A model generated the notes under the pieces. That model worked only from the letters and a program-made list of their open reading frames with translations. It had not been told where the DNA came from and searched no databases. The position numbers were made by a program, and so were the translations under genes. A stretch of 64,000 nucleotides of DNA from an uncultured archaeon (GTDB lineage Archaea > Asgardarchaeota > Lokiarchaeia > Sigyniarchaeales > SOKP01): NCBI GenBank assembly GCA_964447495.1, contig CAYUTF010000001.1, positions 96,001 to 160,000 on the forward strand, read 5' to 3'. Shown one piece after another: positions 40,638 through 49,689 of the stretch (within the stretch, counting starts at the first letter, position 1; every line of letters begins with the position of its first letter).

Positions 40638-41597
40638 TTATGTTAAAGGATTTTTTGCGTGTAAGTTAAATCCTTCAGATTTATCTATTATTTTATGTGT
40701 CCTTTTATCATATTTTATTTGAAATCCGTATCCTCTGCCTCGATAATAACTTTCAGCAAGAAGAATTGTGATTTCCATTATAGATTCCGATTCTTTTATA
40801 AAGGGAATTTTATATTCCCATTTGGAAAAAAATGCATAATTCTGTGCGATTATCAATGCTTCTTCAAACAATTTGGCTTGAAGGGAATTCTTTTCAAGGG
40901 TAGTTTCGATGAGAAGGTTAGAATGTGAATTAAATGAAAGTTTTTTGATAAGTTTAAAATTTGTTTGTTGTTCATGAAAATCAGTAGTATAAATTAAATA
41001 AGAAAAAGGATTTATTCCAGGAATAAAGTGAGAGTTTTTTGGTAATTTAAACTGAACCCATATTTTAATGATAATTCGATATGAAAAATATAGGATATAA
41101 AAAGCTACCAAGAAAAAAATAAGCTTAGAAAAATAGAGCGCAGGCCATACAAAGAAAATGATAAAGTAAAACAAAATCATTCCGCCCGAAACTAATGCTA
41201 AATTAAAGTTAATTGCTCTATCGATAAAGAATCTTACTTTTTTTTTATAAAATGGATAAAAGAGTGGAATTTTTGAAGCGCATAAAGCATCTAAAGACAA
41301 ATGTAGACTATAGAATAGAAAACCAACTATCCATGCTAATAGAAAGGGCTCATTTGTGATAAATGAGAAAATTACGCCTGTTAAACCAGACACAAGAAAA
41401 GCAAAGAAATAGGAATGGGAAATACCCTTATGAGAAAGAAGGGGAGTATTCTTTATTCTTTTAAGAGGATATAAGAATATATCGAAATCAGCTAACACAG
41501 CCATTACTATCGCATACATTACAATGCTGAAACTAAATGAATTTAGTGTGAATAGACTTAGAAATATCCCTAATAAAAAATGCGTAAAAAAATCCAT
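40638..41597 (-). CDS. YdjM-family membrane metal-dependent hydrolase
   Basis: MDFFTH, LADFD, HKGISHS, HLSLD, PLFYPF. Confidence 0.85.
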   Translation of the reverse strand: MDFFTHFLLGIFLSLFTLNSFSFSIVMYAIVMAVLADFDIFLYPLKRIKNTPLLSHKGISHSYFFAFLVSGLTGVIFSFITNEPFLLAWIVGFLFYSLHLSLDALCASKIPLFYPFYKKKVRFFIDRAINFNLALVSGGMILFYFIIFFVWPALYFSKLIFFLVAFYILYFSYRIIIKIWVQFKLPKNSHFIPGINPFSYLIYTTDFHEQQTNFKLIKKLSFNSHSNLLIETTLEKNSLQAKLFEEALIIAQNYAFFSKWEYKIPFIKESESIMEITILLAESYYRGRGYGFQIKYDKRTHKIIDKSEGFNLHAKNPLT

Positions 41598-41884
41598 CTT
41601 TGCAGCATTAAAAAATTCTCTCGTCCTTTTTAACTTTAATATTATTTTTTATAGTGATGTCATATTAAAGCCATATTTGAAAATTTTATCTTAACTCACT
41701 CTTAACATAAAGGGGGCAATCCCTTTGTCGCTCTTTCACTAACATTTTTTAAAAGAGTTCATTCCATAGTTTAATTTTAACTCTTTTTAAAATAATGAGC
41801 AAAATATTCATTATTTTTCCCAAATTTCTTTCTGATAGTCGTTTTAAATGCACCAATAGCGAGTCGATTTTTCACTTTTTCTCA

Positions 41885-42253
41885 TCAACAGCCTACATCT
41901 GGTTGTAATTGAATTTCACTCTCGGGATATACGTTGAATTCGATATTATCCCTAATTGGATTGAATTTCTGCATAATACCATTCTCATCTGGGGCATATG
42001 CATATATTCCAACATCTTCATATATCGAATTCGTTTCAAAATTTACTAATAGTTGCATATAATTATGAATATACCCCTCATTAATCGGAAATATTGTCGT
42101 CTCTGAATTCATTGCTTCGATTTTATCGACCATTGCTAAGCATTCTAAAAAGGAGGCATCCTCTTTTATGTTGATCGTATACTTCTTCCCTTTTTGAAGT
42201 CCCTTTATTGGGAGACTTATTTCAAATTTAATTGTTTTCATATTTTCCCTCAT
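41885..42253 (-). CDS. Ubiquitin-like (MoaD/Urm1 beta-grasp) protein with C-terminal Gly-Cys
   Basis: Beta-grasp pattern KTIKFEI...YTINIKEDASFLECLAMV...VYPESEIQLQPDVGC; fold inferred by eye. Confidence 0.65.
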   Translation of the reverse strand: MRENMKTIKFEISLPIKGLQKGKKYTINIKEDASFLECLAMVDKIEAMNSETTIFPINEGYIHNYMQLLVNFETNSIYEDVGIYAYAPDENGIMQKFNPIRDNIEFNVYPESEIQLQPDVGC

Positions 42254-42276
42254 TTTAATAAATATTATTAAATTAT

Positions 42277-42597
42277 TTAGCTACAGCAAGAACCGTTCTT
42301 TTTTGTTATTCTTTGTCGAGCATCCCAAAGGCATCCGCATCCTTTTTGTTCAAACATACTTATAGCACCTACAGGACAATTTCTCTTACATGCACTACAC
42401 TCCGTACATAATGCTGGATCACTAATTCTATATTTATTATTAGCTTTTTTTTGCGGAAGTCCAAATGGACATACTTCGGCACAAACCCCACATCCGATGC
42501 AAATTGATGTTATTATTGAAATGCGGATATTGTTTAATGAAGGGATGCTACAACAGGAATTTTTTTCTAATTGCTTTATATTTATCTTTTCAATCAT
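42277..42597 (-). CDS. hgcB: HgcB-like 2x[4Fe-4S] ferredoxin with extra Cys clusters
   Basis: CIGCGVCAEVCP, CTECSACKRNCP, GCGC, C-terminal SCCS; immediately after the hgcA-like gene. Confidence 0.8.
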   Translation of the reverse strand: MIEKINIKQLEKNSCCSIPSLNNIRISIITSICIGCGVCAEVCPFGLPQKKANNKYRISDPALCTECSACKRNCPVGAISMFEQKGCGCLWDARQRITKKNGSCCS

Positions 42598-42622
42598 AAT
42601 TGATTTTCCTATAATTTTTAAT

Positions 42623-44305
42623 TTAAATTAATAAAATGCTAATTAATGAAGATATGACGCTAATAACCAATAAAATTTTATTAACTTTTGTAAATAAACC
42701 ATATTCTTCTTGAATTTCTCTTGGACTGGTACTCATTGAATATCCACTAAAGGACATCGTAGAAAAAAAGGAAATCCAAAATATCATAGGCGTATTTAAT
42801 AAAATATATGCGAAAGGCTTTTGTAATATCCAAAAAGTTCCTCCTAAGATTATAATGGTAATGATACCAAACACTAATCCTTTTAAGATAAATTTTCTGG
42901 TGAAATTTGAAAGGGGAAATAAAAATGAAATAATCAAATTTGAAGTAATAATCCATAAAATGAAATCTATCACCCAATATAGTTTATTGAACCAAGGGAA
43001 TACTACTAAAAAAATAATTAGTGATGCAATAATAGGATAAAAAAATACTTTTCTTAATAAGAAAGTGGTATGTGTTATGAAGGCTCTTGTTCTATGGAAT
43101 ATATTAAATTTTGCAAGCTTCATATTTGCTGGTTTTTGAACGGGCTTATTTTTTAGATATTCTGGTATATATTTTGACCATATAGGTCCATATTTAGCTT
43201 TGAATGGAAAATTTTTTGATTTCTTTGATAGATTTGGCATTGAAACGCCTCCTGCGGAAAGTTGAGGAAGCAATAATAGTTCATTTTTTGTATAATTTTG
43301 AACTCCCGTCGCTTCAATGGCTTCAAGAACCTGTTGGTTGCCGAAATCATTACCTCTAGCAGCACACCATACATTAATACCATTTGTATCAATAACTAAG
43401 ACCCATACATCAATATCTTTTAAATCTCTCATTACCTTAATGTATGTAAAATCATAGTTAGCAGTGACAATTATAGGTGATTTCCTTGTTGGATTTCCAG
43501 ATTGATATATTCCTGGTTCAATAGGAACTCTATCGATTTGACCAGTGAATATACACCTAAATATTCTAAATTGAGATAAAATACCTTTATATTTTTTCAT
43601 TTTGGGTTGATAGTAGCCAGGTTCTTCTTTTCCTTCATTATTAAATTTCACTAATTCAATTACTTGAATCGAATTATGCTTCCAAGTCTTTTTATCAGTA
43701 ATCTTGAACCCAATCGGGTTTAAATAGTTAAAAAAATATTTATTGAGTTGTGTATTTTTCAAGCGATATCTTCGGATTTTCTTTTTATATCGCCACCTTC
43801 TTAGACTAAAACCTATTTTCCAAATCCCTAAGGGCATAAATTCGGTAGCAATTATTAAACGCCCTCCTTTTTTTAGGATTTTCCACACATTCCGCAGAAA
43901 AATTTGTTGTTCTAAAGGCCTAAGTTCAGAAAGCATAAAAGTACTGATTACTAAATCCTGTGAACTGTGAAAGACAGTCAAGTTATTAAAAGAGCCAATC
44001 TGATAAAGTAGTTTTCCTGCTATATCACTTGGATAATTAGCCATCGCATAATTAATCATTTGAAAATTTTTATCAATTGCTATTACATTTTTTCCTTTTT
44101 GTTTCGCAATTCTAGCGGCTAATGTACCTGGACCGCAGCCTATCTCAAAAATTGAATTATCATTATTAATACGGTCTATTATCCAATCATTTATCTCAAG
44201 GTTTATTCCTTTAGTTAGATTTGTGAACTCTTGCTCGTAAGTTTCAGGTTCCTCTTCTAACTTTTTCATATAAGTTACTGCCATAATTCTCAGATCATAA
44301 TTCAT
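42623..44305 (-). CDS. hgcA: SAM-dependent methyltransferase fused to HgcA-like corrinoid membrane protein
   Basis: N-terminal EIGCGPG / IAID / KILKKGG; then IEPGIY, SPIIVTANY, DTNGINVWCAARG, LPQL, about 5 TM helices and MSFSGYSMSTS. Start may be ATG 44284. Confidence 0.88.
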   Translation of the reverse strand: MNYDLRIMAVTYMKKLEEEPETYEQEFTNLTKGINLEINDWIIDRINNDNSIFEIGCGPGTLAARIAKQKGKNVIAIDKNFQMINYAMANYPSDIAGKLLYQIGSFNNLTVFHSSQDLVISTFMLSELRPLEQQIFLRNVWKILKKGGRLIIATEFMPLGIWKIGFSLRRWRYKKKIRRYRLKNTQLNKYFFNYLNPIGFKITDKKTWKHNSIQVIELVKFNNEGKEEPGYYQPKMKKYKGILSQFRIFRCIFTGQIDRVPIEPGIYQSGNPTRKSPIIVTANYDFTYIKVMRDLKDIDVWVLVIDTNGINVWCAARGNDFGNQQVLEAIEATGVQNYTKNELLLLPQLSAGGVSMPNLSKKSKNFPFKAKYGPIWSKYIPEYLKNKPVQKPANMKLAKFNIFHRTRAFITHTTFLLRKVFFYPIIASLIIFLVVFPWFNKLYWVIDFILWIITSNLIISFLFPLSNFTRKFILKGLVFGIITIIILGGTFWILQKPFAYILLNTPMIFWISFFSTMSFSGYSMSTSPREIQEEYGLFTKVNKILLVISVISSLISILLI

Positions 44306-45335
44306 TGCTTTGATTTTGTGATTTCCAAAATCCTTTCTTCATTAAATATCTCCCTAAGTATACTATAGAGAGCATTACCGGGACTTCCCAGAAGAGACCC
44401 ATGGTTGTTCCTAATGCTGCCACAGATCCAATCCCATACATTGCAATAGCAGTTGCGATTGCAATCTCAAAATGACTCGATGAACCGATAATTACTGTGA
44501 TTATTGCTTCTCTATATCGTAATTTGAATACTTTAGTTATGATTACATTATATAATACAACAATAACAAATCCAAGCAATAGAGGTGCTGAAACCAATAA
44601 TAGGAGGTCAGGGTTAGTAATTAGGACATTCCCATTCAATGAAAAGAGTACGATTAAGGTTACTAATAATGCGCCAATAGATACCTTTCCCACAAATGGA
44701 CGATAGGAGTTATTAAACCACTCATCTCCCTTAGTTGATATAATTAATCTCTTAGAGATTATACCTAATAGTAATGGAATACCGATAAAAACTATAAGAG
44801 ATATTAGAAGCAACATAACGTCAATAGGGATATTTTGAATACCCGTGAGTAATGATACCATGCCCACATATAAAAAGATAATAGTTATGGTATTTAAACT
44901 GGTATTAACTACATTCTGTTCTTGATTTCCACGAGCCATCCACCCCCATACAAGTACCATCGCAGTACATGGGGAACTTGATAATAAAATAACTGCAACA
45001 GATAATTGTTCATTTCCTTGTAAAAATAGCTTCACCATGGCAAGCCCTACAAAGGGGGCAACTAACCAATTAGAAACTAATGTTAAAATTATTGGTTTTG
45101 GATTTTTACCTAACTTTTTTAACTCGGATGCTTGTAGATTGAGCATCGCAGGATACATCATTAAAAATAAACATATGCCTATAGGAATGGATATTTGTCC
45201 AATTTTTAATGAATCAATAGCTTGACTTATTTGTGGTACGAGTTGAGAAAGTAAAATTCCAATGAAGATACATAAGGCAACCCATAATGGGAGAAATTTT
45301 TCGAAATAACCAATTTTTTTCTCATCCTTACTCAT
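44295..45335 (-). CDS. acr3: Acr3-family arsenite efflux transporter
   Basis: FEKFLPLWV, MMYP, NWLVAPF, PCTAMVLVW, SSHFEIAIA, EVPVM. Confidence 0.93.
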   Translation of the reverse strand: MSKDEKKIGYFEKFLPLWVALCIFIGILLSQLVPQISQAIDSLKIGQISIPIGICLFLMMYPAMLNLQASELKKLGKNPKPIILTLVSNWLVAPFVGLAMVKLFLQGNEQLSVAVILLSSSPCTAMVLVWGWMARGNQEQNVVNTSLNTITIIFLYVGMVSLLTGIQNIPIDVMLLLISLIVFIGIPLLLGIISKRLIISTKGDEWFNNSYRPFVGKVSIGALLVTLIVLFSLNGNVLITNPDLLLLVSAPLLLGFVIVVLYNVIITKVFKLRYREAIITVIIGSSSHFEIAIATAIAMYGIGSVAALGTTMGLFWEVPVMLSIVYLGRYLMKKGFWKSQNQSNEL

Positions 45336-45340
45336 TATTC

Positions 45341-45394
45341 ATCAAGGATTTCAAATCTTTGATCATATATAAACTTAATCGACATATATCGATT
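45341..45394. promoter_or_regulatory. acr3 promoter with candidate ArsR operators
   Basis: ATCAAGGATT-TCA-AATCTTTGAT (45341-45363) and AATCGA-N6-TCGATT (45377-45394) flank a minus-strand TTTATATA box (45366-45373). Confidence 0.6.
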
Positions 45395-45484
45395 TGGGGG
45401 AATAGAGACTTGGTAATAGCTTAAATTTATATTTATCGATGTATTTAATATTATAGAGAATAAAAAAATATAGGAAATTTTAAT

Positions 45485-45874
45485 ATGAAACCCCAGAGAA
45501 TTCCTGAAATTAAAAAAATGTTGTGCTCTTGTCAAGAATGTTACGAAACAAACGGATATTTCACACAATTACATGATTTAGGGAAATCTTTAAATCAGAA
45601 TGAGAATTTAAATAGACTCATTATGTTTGCTTCAGCTTTATCTTCAAAAGACCGATTGATTATCCTTAGGACTTTAAAGGGAAGAGACAAATGTGTATGT
45701 GAATTAGAAGTAGTGTTAAACAAATCTCAATCTACTATTTCACATCATATTGGGAAGCTTTTAACTGCTGGCTTAATTGAAGGGTATAAAAAAGGGAACT
45801 TCACTTATTATCACCTTTTAGAGGACAATTTAAAAAGTCAAATAGAAATATTAAATAAAGAGCTTCAAGTTTAA
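45485..45874 (+). CDS. arsR: ArsR/SmtB metalloregulator
   Basis: ALSSKDRLIIL, KCVCEL (alpha3 Cys pair), SQSTISHH, N-terminal CSCQEC; divergent from acr3. Confidence 0.92.
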   Translation: MKPQRIPEIKKMLCSCQECYETNGYFTQLHDLGKSLNQNENLNRLIMFASALSSKDRLIILRTLKGRDKCVCELEVVLNKSQSTISHHIGKLLTAGLIEGYKKGNFTYYHLLEDNLKSQIEILNKELQV

Positions 45875-45919
45875 TACTATAAAATTAACTAATAAAAGTA
45901 TAAATAATAGATTAAAGTA

Positions 45920-48175
45920 TTAGACTGGTTTTAATTTTTGCTTAGATTCAATATTTTTACTAATTGCCTCTTTTGTGAAAAGAAAAGGAATATACTTTCC
46001 CGTGACCCATAATTTGATTAAATCTTTATAGTGTTTATGAAAGGGAAGACCAGATTGTCCACCTGGAAGAGCTCCAATGGAATTATCCCAGTTGGATAGA
46101 TCATGAATTTGGCGATAAGAGGGTCCAGATATCACGTTAAAATTATCAGAAGGATCATATGAACCGGGATTTAGAGTGTTTCCATCTCCTCCTAATTTAA
46201 AAGGACCAGCATTTAAAATTTTAGCTTCTTTATTAGCACTGGAAAAAGGGTGTTCTAGTGTGAATTTGTGAAGATTCCCCCATGCCCACTTTTCAGGTTT
46301 AGAACCATATGAAGTAGTTAAATATTCTATGGTATTTTCTAATGCATTAAGAAGAATTTTTGAAATTTTATCCTCATTATTCATAAAATATAAGTCCCAA
46401 ATACGTTTTAAGTCGAATGGCCTGCTGCCGGCGAACATTTGGAAAACATTTTTACCAATTAATGGTTCAAGTATAGCTTTTTGAGTTTTATGATGCCAAA
46501 TCTTAAAAAGAGTACCAGCGATGCTATTTTTAGTTAAAAAATAGTCCCAATTTTCTAAATAGGATATGATTTCTCTATAATTATTTAGGTTTTTATTTTT
46601 TTTTAAGAATGTGAGCATAATTGGTAATAATTCTGCTGCTTCTTCCGTATATCTATCAAGTTGAAAAACTTTAAAATCTTCAATGGAGAAGATGGTTTTT
46701 GATTGGAGTAATTTCTTTAATCTTACTTGTCTATAGGGAGATATTTGGTCTTCACCAATTAATAATCCATTTGGAGATTTTTCTTCATTATAATTCGCGG
46801 TATATACAAATCCACATTCTGGATTATAGAGAGAAAATAGTTGATCAAATGATGAAATTCCTTTCCAATCATATTTTTCATCATTTCCTTGATTTATGAC
46901 TGCTCCATTTCCATATTTTCTTACCGGAATTTTACCACCGTGTTGATGCCCTATATTACCTGCAACATCACCGTAAATAAAGTTTTGTGGATTTATAGTT
47001 ATATATGCTAAAGCTTCTCGAAATTCTTGCCAATTTGAAGCGACATTTACCCCCTTAAACCCTTTTAAATTATTGATAAGGTTAGCATCAGAGCTTGACC
47101 ATTTTAAAGCATATTTACCCGGAATAAAAAATTGAAATATTCGATCATATCCTTCAAAAAAATTAATTACAGGACCAAATTTGCTTATTAATATAGGATA
47201 AGTTATTGGTTTTGATTTTCCTTTCAAATAAATGATTTCTTCTCTAATTTCAAAATCAATCCAATTACCATTATATTTATATTGATGTTCATTTTCAGGA
47301 TTTATTTCTAATTTAAATAAATCTGTTGTATCCGCCATTACATTTGTAAGCCCCCAGGCAATTTTATCGTTATGACCTATTATAACTGCTGGCGCACCGG
47401 GAAGAGAGGTACCAATTACATTAAGACCGGGACAATTCAAATGGATTAAAAACCATAAAGCTGGATTTGTTAAGGGAAGATGTGGATCGTTAGCTAGTAA
47501 TACTGATTTTGATCTTGACTTTTTTGGGCTTACTGCCCAAGCATTACTACCTAAAGATTCATTAACATTCATTTCTGAATCAATTGGAATAATTTTATTG
47601 GCAGTTTCTTTTCCAAGTTTAGATAAGATATGTTCTCGCAGGATTTCATAGGGATAATTCCAACTGCTTAGTGACCATTCAATCATGCTAATAATTTTAA
47701 AAGTATCTTCAAATTTCCATTCCTTAGGCTTAAAATTTAGTATATGAAATTCGATTGGTAGATTTTCTTGCACATCTTCAATTCGTTTATTCACACCTTT
47801 AACATATGCATCCATGAATTTATAATCTTCAGAATTCTTATTCTTTTCAATATTTTGAGCACATTTTTGAGCAATTTGATATAAACTAATTTCTCTATAA
47901 TGTTTATCACTCAACAAAGAGCTTTCTCCTGTGATTTCAGAAAGAGTTCCTGATACTAATCTTTTGAAGGTTTCCATTTGCCATAATCTATGACTTGCAT
48001 GGATATAACCTTGAGTGAAATAGAGATCATATATATTTTCGGCAAAAATGTGAGGAATACCCCATTTATCCCATAAAATTTCCACATTTGCTTTTAATCC
48101 ATTAATTTTTTCTTCTTCTTGCATGGATGGAAAAGATTTTTTAGCGATTTCTAATAATTCTTCCATAAATTTCAC
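45920..48175 (-). CDS. Penicillin acylase family Ntn-hydrolase (S45)
   Basis: WDKWGIPHI, RLWQM, GSNAWAV, LANDPHL, PGGQSG. Confidence 0.92.
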   Translation of the reverse strand: MKFMEELLEIAKKSFPSMQEEEKINGLKANVEILWDKWGIPHIFAENIYDLYFTQGYIHASHRLWQMETFKRLVSGTLSEITGESSLLSDKHYREISLYQIAQKCAQNIEKNKNSEDYKFMDAYVKGVNKRIEDVQENLPIEFHILNFKPKEWKFEDTFKIISMIEWSLSSWNYPYEILREHILSKLGKETANKIIPIDSEMNVNESLGSNAWAVSPKKSRSKSVLLANDPHLPLTNPALWFLIHLNCPGLNVIGTSLPGAPAVIIGHNDKIAWGLTNVMADTTDLFKLEINPENEHQYKYNGNWIDFEIREEIIYLKGKSKPITYPILISKFGPVINFFEGYDRIFQFFIPGKYALKWSSSDANLINNLKGFKGVNVASNWQEFREALAYITINPQNFIYGDVAGNIGHQHGGKIPVRKYGNGAVINQGNDEKYDWKGISSFDQLFSLYNPECGFVYTANYNEEKSPNGLLIGEDQISPYRQVRLKKLLQSKTIFSIEDFKVFQLDRYTEEAAELLPIMLTFLKKNKNLNNYREIISYLENWDYFLTKNSIAGTLFKIWHHKTQKAILEPLIGKNVFQMFAGSRPFDLKRIWDLYFMNNEDKISKILLNALENTIEYLTTSYGSKPEKWAWGNLHKFTLEHPFSSANKEAKILNAGPFKLGGDGNTLNPGSYDPSDNFNVISGPSYRQIHDLSNWDNSIGALPGGQSGLPFHKHYKDLIKLWVTGKYIPFLFTKEAISKNIESKQKLKPV

Positions 48176-48372
48176 GAGTATTTTGTAAATTTAAAATGTG
48201 TAATGAATTATATTATGATTTTTTGTAATTTAAAGATCTTTTATAGTATAATTAAATTTAAAGAATTTTATCTAAATAAAGCAATAAACAAATGATATTT
48301 GATTCCTTTCAATCGCTAAATATATATGCCTTAATTACCATGTAGATAATATTCAAAATAATTCCGAAGATA

Positions 48373-49647
48373 TTGTTGAATTTCATTATGGATGACGATA
48401 ATACAAATTTTGACAGTACACAGTTTCTTAAAGTTATCAATTCAATAGAGATTCGAATTGAAAGAGAAGATATATTTTATCGGGAGAAATATAATGACAT
48501 TATGAATTATTTTAAGGTAATGTTAACCGAAAATACCAACGCTTTAATCAATGATTACTCAAAAATAATTAATCTAAAGGGCGTACTATTAATCAACATT
48601 GGTCAAAATAGTGATATCAATGATTTCTTAAAACTAATATGCAAAAACTATTACCTAGACTTTATTGAATTAAATTATGAAAAAGTTTATTTTAATCAAG
48701 AAGTTTTCCTACAAAATTTTAATGCGATTATGGAAAATATCATAAGTATAGAAACTAATAATAAAAAACCTAAAGATGATAATGATAATTCCTTAAATAT
48801 GGAATATGAATCTCATATAAAAAAATTAATAATAATTGATGAACACAAGCTGAAATTAAGGTCAAATAAAGAAATAAATCTCTTGGAAGTTTTTATAAAT
48901 TCTAAATTTAGTGAGAGAAATTTTATTGAGAGTAAAACCATATTAATTTGGATTAATGATTTAATGGAAAAGGTAGCTCGAAATTCGCAAAAGATATTCA
49001 ATATTTTTGATCTTTTTATTAACATTCCTGCTTTAGACCAAGTCGAAAGAGAAGCTGTTTTAAGGCATTTTTCCGAAGTATTTCCAAAGATTGTATTTGA
49101 TCTTGATATGATGGTTAATTATACTAAATTTTGGGAAGTAAATGACATCAAAAATTTAATAAAATTAGGAATTTTTAAGCATTTTCTTAAATCTGAATTG
49201 AATGAAAAGTCAAATGAAATTACTGATTTACTAATTGAGTTAATTGAGTCAAGGGAATTCATTCCTTCAATAAATTTTGATACAAAAAATAATCAATTAA
49301 TCATAAGTGAAAATCATTTAATCCAAAAGCAAAATAAAGGTAATATAAAAATGATGGATATGAAATATGTTGAAGAAATTAACACATATCTCGAAGAAAT
49401 AAAAGGTGAAACCATTTCGGATTTTATGCTTAGCCAATTATATGAAAATGCAGCTTCAAAAAATTATAAAGAATTACAAATAATTATAGAGAAAATTAAT
49501 AAAGGGGAAATTCTCGAAGAAAATGATAGGTTGATTTTAGCAAGATATCCCTTTATCTTAAATGAAAATCCTAATAAAGCTTTAATAGCCCTTGAAAAAG
49601 CAAAAAAAACAATTAGTCGAATAAGTCAGATATTTAGAAAAGTATAA
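48373..49647 (+). CDS. Hypothetical protein with degenerate AAA+ domain
   Basis: KGVLLINIGQNSD (no P-loop), LIIIDE, FDLFINIPALDQVEREAVL, DLDMMVNYT...NDIKNL follow the classic AAA order. Confidence 0.65.
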   Translation: MLNFIMDDDNTNFDSTQFLKVINSIEIRIEREDIFYREKYNDIMNYFKVMLTENTNALINDYSKIINLKGVLLINIGQNSDINDFLKLICKNYYLDFIELNYEKVYFNQEVFLQNFNAIMENIISIETNNKKPKDDNDNSLNMEYESHIKKLIIIDEHKLKLRSNKEINLLEVFINSKFSERNFIESKTILIWINDLMEKVARNSQKIFNIFDLFINIPALDQVEREAVLRHFSEVFPKIVFDLDMMVNYTKFWEVNDIKNLIKLGIFKHFLKSELNEKSNEITDLLIELIESREFIPSINFDTKNNQLIISENHLIQKQNKGNIKMMDMKYVEEINTYLEEIKGETISDFMLSQLYENAASKNYKELQIIIEKINKGEILEENDRLILARYPFILNENPNKALIALEKAKKTISRISQIFRKV

Positions 49648-49689
49648 AATGTAATTTTTCAACTTTAAGCTTTTAAATTTTAAAATTAC

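Noticed and set aside
41690-41820. SECIS element
   Set aside because: No hairpin has the tandem AUGA/GA core followed by a proper helix and apical A-run.
43640-44305. Calling the fused methyltransferase an ArsM
   Set aside because: It lacks the conserved As-binding cysteines of ArsM; its only Cys is in the SAM-binding GCG motif.
45335-45568. 77-aa minus-strand ORF between acr3 and arsR
   Set aside because: Spans the divergent promoter and overlaps arsR antisense; not protein-like.
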